From Tubulanus polymorphus (lineage: Eukaryota > Animalia > Nemertea), in assembly GCF_964204645.1 (NCBI RefSeq), contig NC_134026.1, positions 12,361,950 to 12,425,949 on the forward strand: 64,000 nt of DNA. The letters are read 5' to 3'. Shown here in pieces: positions 38,595 through 51,726 of the stretch. The notes under the pieces are model-generated. The model saw only the letters and a program-made list of their open reading frames with translations, ran no database searches and was not told the DNA's origin. Each line of letters starts with the position of its first letter. The first letter of the stretch is position 1. The translations under genes were made by a program, and so were the position numbers.

Positions 38595-39453
38595 TTTCGT
38601 TTTAATAAATTATAGCGTATAATATTTCGAATTGTGGGACTTTCTCGATTACCTACAGTGTGCACAGATTGGAGTGTTTCATATTGGACAGCTAACATGA
38701 TTCCAGAGGATTTATATATTGCGCTCTTTTTCCTCGTGACATACCCGTACCGGAAATTAAAAAGCTACGTAGCACCCGCGCTCATTGCGGTAAGGTTAAA
38801 ATCCAGTTTTTACGTGACTTTTGGGAACAAAAAGTTCTACCCAACACTCTGGATTCGTTTATAAAACTAGATCGCGGTTTACCATGGCACACAACCAATT
38901 TTCGACGTCGATCATGCGTTGAAGACCGCAACGTCGAAATACTAACGTGGATTTACGTCGATAGTTTTGCTAGTTGTAAGCTGATGTCACTTACTAGTTG
39001 ATTTTAACGTTATATCATCGTGGCCTTGAAACAGCGTCTTTTAAAAACTCCCGGAATCATTATTGACTATATTTTTTCTTCATTTGAAAATGTGCTCAAA
39101 ATGGTCATTTACTTATGCCAATAACTGTGATACTCCTCGGCATACTTTTGATCGCAAGGCGTCAATGGGGTAGACATCAATGTGCCATTATCTACTCTTT
39201 ATCGATGAAATAACCATCTAATATATATTGGAAATTACAATGGTAATGCTAGAGTTGCATTATAAATGTGTTATATTAACTAACCTATACCGAACATCGA
39301 CCAAAATTAATCGATGACACTACAGCGTTGCGGCCATTTTGGTTCATCAGAGTCGAGAAAGAAGGCAGTTGAGAATTTTCAGTTATATGAGTAGTTTAAT
39401 TAAACAAATTAAATTAAACAAACGAATTAAACAAATCTGGTGGGAAGCCATTT

Positions 39454-40360
39454 TTGTTGAAAACGTTTTTGAGGAAATCAATAACAGTAGTTGGCTTGTT
39501 TTCTCACATTGATTTCCTCTTAAACGTTTTCCACAAAAATGGCTGCCCACAAGATTTGTTTAATTCGTGTCTAAGAAGATTTTTGAATAACAAATGTAGT
39601 GATGATACTCCCGCTAGTATGGTCAGGGAAGATAGGGTCGAAACACTTTTTTTCATTCCTTACGTAGGTCTCCCTTCGATTATATTTAGCAGAAAACTCA
39701 AAGAGTCTATTCAAACAATATTACAACGTGGATATTCGTATTGTCTTTACTTCTTTCAAAATTAGGAACTACTTTTCACTCAAGTACCATAGATACTCCT
39801 TCACCCTTGTTGGCCAATGTAATTTATAAATTCAAATGTTTGCGTGATGCAAATAACACATACATTGGTAAAACAATGGTGGTAAAACAATTGGTAAAAC
39901 AATTTGGCCACAAGGGTAAAGGAGCATGGAACTTCGCCTTCAGCCATTAAGGAACATTTAACATCATGTAAAAATTGTGCATCAAATTTTTCTTTTAAAA
40001 AACAACTTTTCAATCGTTGATTCTGGAAAAAATGACTTTGAAATCACCATCAAAGAGGCATTATATATAAAATCTAAAAAAACCAAGTATTTACAAAACA
40101 ACTTTCCACACATGGTATCTCATTTTTACTGAACGTATTTTGATATGTTTATAATCCATTTGTACTTTGTAAACTAGGCCACTTCACGCCTGCATGATAT
40201 TCTCTGTAATTAGTAACAGTATACTATGCATAGTTTGTATCTGTTCATGTCATTTCTTGAAAAGGACACGAAGAGATGAGTCGAAATTGATCGGAACGTT
40301 GGAACATGTAAATGAACTCATTATCATCATGAAGATTGTGATAGTTGCGTTTTTATTATT
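39454..40360 (+). mobile_element. Penelope-like retroelement 3' fragment (RT thumb + GIY-YIG endonuclease + pLTR)
   Basis: FHKNGCP, FFIPYVG, NVIYKFKC...TYIGKT, LATRVKEH, IKEHL..C, IKEALYIK in shifting frames; downstream repeat 40247-40358 recurs at 57820-57929. Confidence 0.85.
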
Positions 40361-40387
40361 GTTTCTGCATTGTCTTTGTTTTTTTAA

Positions 40388-40810
40388 CCCTGGGATGCCC
40401 AAACATACTTCTGGCAGTAGGGCATACACCATATTTATATTTTCAGTTCATCAATAACAGTTTTGGTTATAGCTGCTTCATTATTAGTTTAGAGTGCCTA
40501 AATATTTTCAGCGAAACTTCATAATATGAAAAAGTGCATCCTTTAATGCCCAGACTGGCTCAGTGTTCCATATATGACCCCAATTTGTTGATTGAAAACG
40601 TACAACCTACGTTCGGGCTATGGGTCATATATGACCCCTTGGGTTGAAGTGGTTAATCTAATTTTATGGAGCGCCACCAAATTGGGCCTTTTAGGTACAC
40701 AGGTGCTCTTGAACACATCTAAGAACTCTGGGAACACACAATTAAAGGTTCTTAATTTTATGACCGGCTAAATAGGTTATGTCATATATGACCCGCAGGG
40801 CGTCCTAGGG
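40388..40810. mobile_element. piggyBac-like MITE
   Basis: TTAA-ccctgggatgccc ... gggcgtcctaggg-TAAA; three copies of the catatatgaccc motif. Confidence 0.55.
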
Positions 40811-41807
40811 TAAATTATTCCATAGGCCTGTTTTTATTTCAGGCTGATGTCAAATTCACTGACGTTGATGTAATACATAAAAACAGGAAATACAGGAACA
40901 TTTCCTTTTGAGGAGACTTGTCCCTGTGAAGTCTACATTGCTAGGTAATTTTTTAGGATTGGGGAATATTACCAAGTACCTTCATGGTTTCTTGTATTGG
41001 TCACACTAGGATCATGGAGCAATGGAGTTTATTGCGAATAAACGCCTTCCAGGACTGGTTGAAGGGAGCAATAGCTTTGATTCAGTGTTATAAAACCTAC
41101 GTTGAAAAATTGATTACTGACGAGTTGAATTTAAAACTTGGCAGGCTAAGTTATGAAAATATTTTTTGCTCATTTCTCATCAATATTGTCATAGTTTCAA
41201 ATGCTGTTCGCAAATCGTACAACTGAATCAGACATCATATTAAATCGATTAGCAGATTACTACAATTTGTAGGTTGTGCTTTTTAGGCCTATGTTTTGTT
41301 AGTATTGTTAGTTTTAATTTTATTTTGGAGCTTATTATGTTATATGCAAACCATTTGGTAATAAATGTTATTTTCATATGTATTTCAAGTATGTGTGCTT
41401 GTTTCTGGTTTTATTGGTATCAGGTCAACATTTCGGTCGGTATTGAGTCATATTCAGATTGAATTATGATATGTTAACAGGTTGGATGGAGGTCTATACG
41501 CAGACGTTATTATTCCATGTTGATACGACGTCGGACTGACAGGTTATAATTTGGGTGAAATCTAGTTCGATTTTGGTTGTTTTATGACGTTGATCTCTTG
41601 TCGGACTATGGACGTTGATTCAATTCCAAATCAATCTACAGACTACGTCGAAACGCTACGTCGTTTCAACGTTGATGTGCCCACTAGGTGGGATTTAGTA
41701 ATAATTCTCAGCGGCAGGATACATATATCTACAGCAGTGGCGGTATGCTACTCATGACTGGAACCCGTATGTGTGTATTATGTGTTCGTGCAGGAACACC
41801 TTACGTA

Positions 41808-42530
41808 TAGGTTAGAAACCTCGGTTACATTTCTACGTGAAATAGAACCGTCGAGCGCGCCAGCGCGAGAGCATTCTATTCGCGTAGAAATGTGGCCAAA
41901 GTTTCTAACCGGCTTAGAACCCGGTCAATCGTCCGTGACATATGTATCATACACTCGTCGTACCAGCCTTGCCGTTAAGTCCCCATTTCATAAATACCTT
42001 GACTTAACCCAGTTTAAGATGGAAAAGGATCATTGCTCGAAGATTTTTCCATGATGAATTATGGTCAAATGATATTGTGACTAGAATTGATTAAATGAGT
42101 CCATAATATGGTTATGATTGGGAAATCAAACTTGAATATTATAAATCAAATTAGCCTAATAATTATGTTGAAACTTGATTGAATTACTCCCTGATAAACT
42201 TAAAATTTTGATATCGTTTTAAAATAGTTATGACTAGGTGATCAAACTAAACGTAATTACGATGGAATAACCAAACAATTATACTTATCATAAAAACATT
42301 AGCATAATGATGAACAAATACAAATAATTAAATATTAGTTATTGTAAAAAACTAAAAGATAATTGAATATAGTGATTGCTATTCAATGTAGTTATGATTA
42401 GGTGAATAAAATTTATTAATTCACAAGATAGTTATTAGTAAAAAATGTGAATGTAGTTGTGAACTTGGAACGGCAAATACGGCCATCTGATTGGTCGAGG
42501 ACGATTGACCGGTTAAGTTAAAACTAGCTG
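41808..42530. mobile_element. Non-autonomous element starting with a ~100-bp hairpin, with internal degenerate AT-rich repeats
   Basis: ggttagaaac...catttctacg...cgtagaaatg...gtttctaacc (41810-41910); ccggtcaatcgtcc (41921) is inverted at ~42498-42511. Confidence 0.5.
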
Positions 42531-42589
42531 TATTGTATTTTATTTTCTATCTCATAATCTCATACTGGTAACAAATACAGAAACACATA

Positions 42590-45300
42590 TGAGCAGAGAT
42601 AATAATGAGATTACCAGGGACCGGAAGAATCCGGAGATAATCGAGTTGAGTCCCTGTCGTCAATGACAAATGAAGGAACACTGTATTTTGGCGAACTGTA
42701 AAGCAGTGGTACATTGACGAAAACCGGCGATGAGGGAATGATTGAATATAAGTGCAGAACGTTTAGGATAAAATAAAGATTTTATGTAATATTTGAATAA
42801 AATTATACATCAATTACAGGAAAAAAAGGTGACACTTAAAATGATATCTAAAGGAAGAAACAGACAACCTATTACGAATTTGATGTGGGATGCTATTCCA
42901 GATTTGGGACCAGAGATACTTATGGAGAATGACCTGTGGGTTGTGCGAAAATACGGTATATTGAGATCCTGTGCATTGCGTATAATTCTTACCTGTCCAT
43001 CGTTTTGACAACAAATACATGAAGTTATCGGGCACTAGATGATGGACTGGTTTATACATAAATACCGCTGTAAGAAACTGATTAATATCAGTAAGATTCA
43101 GAAATCTGCCAAGTTTAAACGAAGGAGCCGTATGTACAAAAAATGGGGCATTGCTCTTTTTTGAAGAATAATTAATCGATGGAGTCAAATAGGGTAGTGT
43201 CGTGCCCATATTATGTTGCAATACAAGAAATAAGGGAGTACAAGAGAGTTATATAGGGTAGGTAAAACATATCGGTAAAACTCTACGGGCTTTGTACATC
43301 AAACCGATAGAAATTTAGTTTATATGAGGAGACCATTGTAACTTGCTGTCTATTAACACACCTAAGAATTTCGAGGTATCAGTTCGCACAATAACCATAT
43401 CGTCTCAAACTATATTCAAATCCTGGGGGATACGAGCATTATCAAAGATTATATAGCTTGCTTTATCTCTATGTAGAGTTTGTTTAATCTAAACCGCTTA
43501 AGTTCATAGTTAACTGTATTAACGAGAGCTTTTGGGTCTTTATTGCTGTAAAATAAAGTAGTGTCATCTGCGAACAGGATGAAGTTCAAGAGTTGAGAGG
43601 TTTTAGTAATATCGTTGATGTAAAATAAGAATAGAAGAGGTCTGAAAGTTGATCCTTGAGGTACTCCACAATTAATAGATTGTTTTGAAATCGGTCGATA
43701 ATTCGATAAAATCTCCCTAGAACCGTTTTTAAAAAGAGGAATGACTTAAGCAATCTTAAACTGAGTAGGAACAATACCTGTAATAATAAAGACCGCTGTA
43801 AGAAACTGATTAATATCAGTAAGATTAAGAAATCTGCCTAGTTTAAACGAAGGAGCCGTATGTACAAAAAATGGGGCATTGCTCTTTTTTGAAGAATAAT
43901 TAATCGATGGAGTCAAATAGGGTAGTGTCGTGCCCATATTATGTTGCAATACAAGAAATAAGGGAGTACAAGAGAGTTATATAGGGTAGGTAAAAACATA
44001 TCGGTAAAACTCTACGGGCTTTGTACATCAAACCGATAGAAATTTAGTTTATATGAGGAGACCATTGTAACTTGCTGTCAATTAACACACCTAAGAATTT
44101 CGAGGTATCAGTTCGCACAATAACCATATCGTCTCAAACTATATTCAAATCCTGGGGGATACGAGCATTATCAAAGATTATATAGCTTGCTTTATCTCTA
44201 TGTAGAGTTTGTTTAATCTAAACCGCTTTAGTTCATAGTTAGTTGTATTAACGAGAGCTATTGGGTCTTTATTGCTGTAAAATAAGGTAGTGTCATCTGC
44301 GAACAGGATGAAGTTCAAGAGTTGAGAGGTTTTAGTAATATCGTTGATGTAAAATAAGAATAGAAGAGGTCTGAAAGTTGATCCTTGAGGTACTCCACAA
44401 TTAATAGATTGTTTTGAAATCGGTCGATAATTCGATAAAATCTCCCTAGAACCGTTTTTAAAAAGAGGAATGACTTAAGCAATCTTAAACTGAGTAGGAA
44501 CAATACCTGTAATAATAAAGACCGCTGTAAGAAACTGATTAATATCAGTAAGATTAAGAAATCTGCCAAGTTTAAACGAAGGAGCCGTATGTACAAAAAA
44601 TGGGGCATTGCTCTTTTTTGAAGAATAATTAATCGATGGAGTCAAATAGGGTAGTGCCGTGCCCATATTATGTTGCAATACAAGAAATAAGGGAGTACAA
44701 GAGAGTTATATAGGGTAGGTAAAAACATATCGGTAAAACTCTACGGGCTTTGTACATCAAACCGATAGAAATTTAGTTTATATGAGGAGACCATTGTAAC
44801 TTGCTGTCAATTAACACACCTAAGAATTTCGAGGTATCAGTTCGCACAATAACCATATCGTCTCAAACTATATTCAAATCCTGGGGGATACGAGCATTAT
44901 CAAAGATTATATAGCTTGCTTTATCTCTATGTAGAGTTTGTTTAATCTAAACCGCTTAAGTTCATAGTTAATTGTATTAACGAGAGCTATTGGGTCTGTA
45001 TTGCTGTAAAATAAAGTAGTGTCATCTGCGAACAGGATGAAGTTCAAGAGTTGAGAGGTTTTAGTAATATCGTTGATGTAAAATAAGAATAGAAGAGGTC
45101 TGAAAGTTGATCCTTGAGGTACTCCACAATTAATAGATTGTTTTGAAATCGGTCGATAATTCCATAAAATCTCCCTAGAGCCGTTTTTAAAAAGAGGAAT
45201 TACTTTAGCAATCTTAAACTGAGTAGGAACAATACCTGTAACCCAAGAACGATTAAAAACGTGCAAGAGAGGAGACCATTAGTAGTCTGGTTTTGAAGCC
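42590..45300 (-). mobile_element. CR1/L2-type LINE fragment with internal triplication
   Basis: GIVPTQFKIAKVIPLFK, NYRPIS, CGVPQGS, LLFLFYIND, LFADDT, KFLGVLID, IWNSIP motifs; fused NYRPISK/QSINCG marks an internal deletion. Confidence 0.88.
43060..45241. repeat. Three near-identical 729-730-bp tandem units
   Basis: accgctgtaagaaactgattaatatc at 43063, 43792, 44521; gcaatcttaaactgagtaggaac at ~43750, 44479, 45208. Confidence 0.95.
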
Positions 45301-46904
45301 GCGGGTCTTAGCCTCAGTTATAGGTCGAGAGGAAATGACATTCAATGAGAACTGTGTTTATGTATGGAATAGTGGATGACAAAAGTAGAAAAGTGATCGG
45401 AAATATCGGTGGTCACAATACCTGAACGTGCTGTTCATGATGATACGAAACATCATACGATATCACCAATAAGATATATTATTTAATTCAATTATACCAG
45501 ACATGTTTATTAGAGTAAAATGTCATATATACGCCGTGAACAACCATGTTGTATCATCAATCAGTTGACTGGCAGCTTATCGGGAGGACGATCGAAATTC
45601 CGTGTTAAGAACTGCTTTAACTTAAATAGATCTCATATCATGAGAAAGTTTGGAAGGGGGTCCCAGAGTTTTATATATAACCTGCAAATGTAATACTCAG
45701 CGTCTCAGGAAATCATTTACAGATGGAAAAGGAAACTCATCGTATCGAAGATGTAACACTTGCCGTGGTTTTTGAAAGTTTCGTTGAAAAATCGAAAGAT
45801 TCTTTCTCTCAATTAGACACTCAAATCACTGTTGCGAGAGTTTCCAGCTACAGATTAACAGATAGACAATTAACGAAACTCGTGGTAATAAATAGCCCGC
45901 TGATGAGACAAAATCTTTTATTTTCTCAGCAACCGTAACTAGACTAAAAATCGTAAACGAGCAAGCAGGGAGTGAGTGAGTTCGAAGTTAAAATTCGTTT
46001 GTATGCAGCTGTAGTAAAACTATGTTTGCATGCAGCTTAGGTTACTGACTACATGCAACTCCTTCGAATCCTTAACATTGTCCGTAAAATTAACATACCA
46101 ATTTCTGCGTTTCTGCATTTCTGCAATTCTGCGTCTGAAGAAACCGGACTCAACGACCTGATTTACACTTGATCAATTCAAAATTTATTTATTGACGCTT
46201 TTGGTTACATGAACAGATCAGCAATATACTTAAATAAAATAACCGGAATAACAAGAAATCAATAATATAAAAGAGGAAACAAATGCCCGTAAACCTGTCG
46301 GACTCACGAACGCCGGACTCGTAAACTCTTGGACACGGACCCACTGAGCAATAAATTCATAAAATTTACTTTGAAATTAACTGTGGAGAAGAGAGGGAAT
46401 GATTCAACAGCTCTTCCTCTAAAAGAAGAGAGAAATGTTGGAAAGAAAACAAAACATGGCTACTAATTTAACGTAACGGGGCCAAATCTCCGACGTTTAC
46501 GGTCGAACAGTGCCTTTATGACGTGGATTTATCAAAATTCCCATGCAGTGGAGATTGAAGTATGCTGAAGGCCATCATACGGATTGTATCGGCAACAGCG
46601 GTAAGGTAAGGAAGCCTATGCACTTTTAACAAAAACTGTGTGGAAAAGGGCACCTAATAATCACGCGAATTCCCATAGGGTTTTCTGTGAAGAAATAGAA
46701 AACCCTATTTAGCGTCAAGATAAGCGGTGCTATACTAAACATAAAACTGAAAAACAAAGCCAGATCGCCTTTCGACAATTGTACTAAAACTCTGTTAAAA
46801 CCGACGTGGCCCAAGTATAAAATATGGAAAAGTGGTCCAATGGCCCTTTTACCTGGCGTATCAATACGCACATAGCTGACCACATATCTGCCAATCTTAA
46901 CATT

Positions 46905-47052
46905 ACCGACAATCCGACATACCGGCACTCCCCACATACCGGCACTCCCGACATACCAGCACTCCCGACATGCCGGCACTCCCGACATACCTGCACTCCC
47001 AACATTCCGACATACCGACACTCCCGACATACCGACATACTGGCACTCCCGA
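46905..47052. repeat. 17-bp minisatellite (ccgacataccggcactc)n
   Basis: About 8 imperfect units abutting the truncated BEL integrase. Confidence 0.9.
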
Positions 47053-47054
47053 AT

Positions 47055-50000
47055 TCATGATGGCAGTGGTGGGGGATCTGGCAAACGGTAGGATTTCCCG
47101 AAAACTTTTCTACAAGTAAACATGATCGAACGACCTTAACTTGCTGCCTCACTTGTGGTATCCAAAAGTTCTCTCTTATTTTAGCAATTGTTGCATTTGT
47201 TCCGGAATGGATAACCTCAAGATATGCATCATAAGCAATTAACGCTGCAATTTTGCTTAGTTTCGGGATCAAAATTGGGTATTTCGAATTGTCACTAAGA
47301 GGAGCGTTCTGTAGTCTACCTCTACATCTGATAACACCATCTGAATCCAAGAATAAATCCAATTGATTGACAATGGTTGGGGTGTTTTTTGATACACCGT
47401 GTAAACGATCAATGAGATCCTTAAACATCGAATTTTGACATTCCTTGATTAATACAGTCTGAACTGTATTGAGCTCGTGTACATTTTACAACTTAAATTT
47501 CGTATTTCACGTTTTGTTTTCAAATTCGCAATGTAACGCATGACATATGCAGCTGTTCTAACTAACTTCACGAAAGAGGTGAAATTATTTATATCAACGA
47601 TCATCCCAACAGGATTAACTAAATTCTTCGCTGTATCATCATCTTCAACAATTCATCTTTGTGAACGTACGATTCATCTGAAACATGTAATACTGATGTG
47701 TCTTCAGCAATTCTATTAGGACGTTTATCTCGAAAAATAAGCCAATCGGATCCCTTCAACCAAAATTGCTTACAATCTCTATAGATATCAGAAATAACGC
47801 CACGGGTTATCAAATCTGCTGGATTGATTCGATTTAGATGGACAGAAATTCCATTCGTTCACATTCACCAGAGAATTTGATTCTCTGACCCGATTTTCGA
47901 CAAACTGAGGTAATTTCTTTGTCGAACGTAACCACCCCAATACTATTTGACTGTCACTCCAAGTGTGAATCTGAAGTGTAGTACTCAAAGCTACGTTAAT
48001 GGTTTTCGAAATATGTACAGCTAACCGAAACTAGTGGAGACATTATCTACATAAACATCTCGTAACAATTGATCGGCATAAACTCAACCAAAATTGCTTA
48101 AATGATAGATAAGAGTGCTATTCAACATGAATGGCGAACATGTTGCGCCGAAGGTACACGTTTAAACCTATAAACATCCATTTCACTTTCAATAAAAAAT
48201 CACTCAACCAGAAAAATCTGGTTACATCACGATCACAAGGATCCAAACCAACATGCGAAAATGCCTTCTCGATATCAGTTACTAACGCGTAACGAAACAG
48301 CCGAAAACGCATCAAGATTGACGTAATGTAATTTAAGAGCAGAGGTCCCGCCTCTAAACAATCATTGAGCGAGGGCGAATCTTTAGATGACTTGCAGCTA
48401 CAGTCAGAAACTATCCGTACGGGAGTAGTTATTGACTCCTTAAAAACTGCGTGGTGAGGAATGTAGTGCTCTTTCCCAAACAACAAGACACTTGGCTCTT
48501 CAACCTTTTCTATAAAGTCACGTTCTAATTGATATCTAATTAGGGTTTTCTGACTTTCGTCGAAAACCCTCTTGAAATTCTGTTGATTATTATTATTATT
48601 ATATATTTTCCGCCGATTTCGTCAAATAAAATTCATCTTCATTCCGATTCGGTTACTGACAGCTTCGAAACGAAATGTATAAATTGATACTGTAATAACG
48701 GTCTCTCTGAACCAACAGATTGTCTGAATGTACTTTCCATCCTATTTGAAACTTAAAATTACTTATTAGGTTACTGTAAATAAAGAATTGAATTGAATTG
48801 TTAGACAACAAGCACCGGCGAAATAACAGTTTGTGACGTCATTTAGTTAGTAAATAAAGTAGGGCTCCGATGATTTCCAAATCACGGGGGACTATACTGG
48901 GGTTAGACCATTCAACCAAAAAGAGGATTGCTCCGATAATATCCAAATCATCTCATTTATTTTTTCCATCGAATACCCGGTAATTAATTTTTCCTTTCGA
49001 TCACATGCGTCCAGAAAACCCGTTATCGCTGCTTTGCAGCTATATTTATACCATTGTATTTGTTCAGCAAATCGGAATCTTTGGACAATCGACAAGCCAA
49101 AGATCTTGTCCTTGAGAAAGCTACGCCATAATTCGTAGGTAAAGAATCATGATTTTCCTTCCATGGAAGTTTAGCTAAGTATATTCCATTAGTAATCCGA
49201 CCTAACTATAATTTCTACATTAAATGAATCGGAACGATATTCAGGTGAATGAGCCAACTTTGAATGCTGATATTCTGAAATGTCAGTAGTGCTTACATCG
49301 AGTGGTCGCGTAATGGCAGGAACAACAATAGCATGGACTTGAATAACAAACTTATCTTCACAAAGAATGGACAGTTCAACAAATTCTACCTGATGGGTTT
49401 TTGCACCGATTACCCCAAACCCAGCTAGATCTAACGTTTCATGTCTGATTGGAATTAAATTCAAACGGTGAACAAAATCACTCTTTGCGGGCCGTCGTCG
49501 AACAATATATAAGACAGTATACTAGAGTTGTTCGATTTAACTAAGGGCACGGCCGATTTCAGTAAGGTAGATTTATAGTCGATATATAAATTTATCTTTG
49601 ATCTCGGTTAAGAGAGTTTCAACTGCCTCAGTCAAACCCGGATCACTCGAATGAAAATCAGTTCGAGTGTCAGCGCACTTATGATCATTCGAATACTCAT
49701 TGTTCGTTAAACTCGTACTGTTAGAACCTAAGCGTCTAAACATTGATGCGCCACACAAACTAGTGTGATGTTTATTATGACATATTTTGCATGAAAATTT
49801 CGATACGCAAGCACTAGAACGATGTTTCCCTAAGCAGTTAAAACATGGCCTTACAGTCGTTAACATGATGATTATTGTTACAAAATAAGCACCTTTGTTT
49901 CTTAACTTGGCTCAGCAAGGTTTCAGCTGTACTGTGCAACGAAATCTCGAACGACTCAGACGAATAAGCTGGTTGCCACGATTCTAGGATTTCAATTTCT

Positions 50001-51290
50001 CGGAGTAACGCGTCGCGCAAATGATGAAAGTCCCACTGCATACCACTTCGAAGTTTCGATATATTATACCTGACATCATTAGGCAATTTCCCGAGAATAA
50101 TCGGCACCAGCATTGAACCGTACGTATCGGATTCAATTCCTAATGACTCCAAACTCCTAATTTCAACCTCCCTGCTGTCATAAAAACATCGCAACGATTT
50201 GACCGATTTATCCGGACCCTTGATGTTAACTAATGAGTTCATATAGGCCTCGGAAATTTGGTCCATTCGGCCGAACCTACTTTCCAGTATCGACCTAGCC
50301 TTCACATAATTAGGTGCTGTTAAGGGGAATCCTTCGATAGATGTTCTAGCCACACCCGACAAATGACATTTTAGGTGGCAGAACTTTTCGATGTCCGATA
50401 GCTTATCATGATTGTGAACCGACGCGTTAAAAAGGTCCCAAAACGATTCTAAGTGCATAATGTCACCGGAAAAAGTGGCAATTGTAATTTCGGAAGACAA
50501 ATTTTCGAAACTGAACTATTAGAGGCATTCGGTTGTGATTTGATTTGAGGATTCGATTGTTGACTACAGAAGTTCATTTACGGTGAAGTCTAGTTCAGAC
50601 AATTTGCAGTGTATGTCGGTTAAATAATCGTCGTACTCGACGAATTTCTTTTCGAAAGCGTCGCCCCTCAAATCTAAATTCTCTCGAATTCCACTATCTA
50701 AATTTTTCAATCTTGCCATTTGCGTTTGAGAAAATTTAATAGACACGTACCCACTACTGCGTTGTTTTGTCGACTGCAATTTCACATTTCTTGACCAACT
50801 TCGTAAATTGACCGCGTTGAATCCTACGAATTTCCAGAGCACCAGCAACAGCAGCTCGCCAGTCTGAAGTTGCTGTATCACTAACACTCGGTACTGCTAT
50901 GGTTTGAGGGACCAAAATTTCGAATGGAACGACTCCAAATTGTGCGGCGACAGCGACGCCCGACCCAAAACCACCACAGAACAGACAACAAGTGTGTAAA
51001 GTACGATAGATTTGACTTTAATACCAAAAATAGTGTACGTGACAAGATATTTATAGTAAGCACTGAAAAATGCGATTCGGTTGATCCGTTGTTGACACGG
51101 ATTACTGTTGGTGACTTGACAGTTCGCGACATGCCCAAAGAAGAAAGACTGTGTGATAAATGTGAGGCAGAATGCCCTGGTGACGAAAGCACTTTCCCCT
51201 AGAATGCAACTTTTTCAATAGAATGCTAATTTTGGACAAATCAAACTAACCAAAATCTTAAACTTGTCAACGCAAAGCAAGAAAAAAAAC
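47055..51290 (-). mobile_element. Degenerate BEL/Pao LTR retrotransposon, 3' truncated
   Basis: Gag DUF1759-like (FSGD...FWDLF...LSDIEKF.HL), Cys/His knuckles (CFNCLGKH...CKICHNKHHTSLC), protease region, RT (YIPHHAV...SLNDCLEAGP...DIEKAF), RNase H (WSDSQIVLGW...FVENRV...CPS), integrase Zn-binding (GVIRCRGRLQNA...HSG...RENFWIP); PBS-like tggtccctcaaacc at 50914-50901. Confidence 0.92.
48538..49047 (+). mobile_element. HINE-like insertion inside BEL pol
   Basis: 5' agggttttctgac...gaaaaccct hairpin, (att)n microsatellite, 3' subTIR cagaaaaccc plus gctgctttgcagc hairpin; interrupts the BEL coding region between protease and RT. Confidence 0.55.
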
Positions 51291-51726
51291 ACTAATCAGT
51301 GTGTGTAAGTTCATTAAGATTTGTGCCCGTGCCGCGTCTAGTGGAAAACTCTTTCTATAATATATATTTTTTGTACCGTGTCCTTAATGATAACATGTTG
51401 ATGCTGCAACCGAACGTAACTTCAATATCATAATCCTACTGTACCGCATTTATCTCATGCATTTGTAATTATTCAATGCAAATTTCATGCAGTGAAATAA
51501 AAATGAGAACGTACAGTCATACCTCGATTTAACGCCACCCTTGAGGATTCCTGATTTTGGCGGTAAATAGAGTGTAGCGGTAAATCGGGGTTTATGTTGA
51601 GTCACTCAAATAACTAACCTATCATCTGCTCAGTAGGCTACGAGTAATTGGAAAATGACGTTTTCATACCAGAGTACGAGAGTACGACACACACTCATCA
51701 CCACAAGTAATTTGTTCCCATAATAA

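Noticed and set aside
38179-38622. 147-aa membrane protein
   Set aside because: Non-ATG start; the hydrophobicity comes from the T-rich repeat preceding the hammerhead.
40843-40943. Host gene exon (good AG and GT sites)
   Set aside because: All three frames contain stops and no partner exons were recognised.
46626-47060. Cys-rich repeat proteins
   Set aside because: They are read-through of the 17-bp minisatellite.
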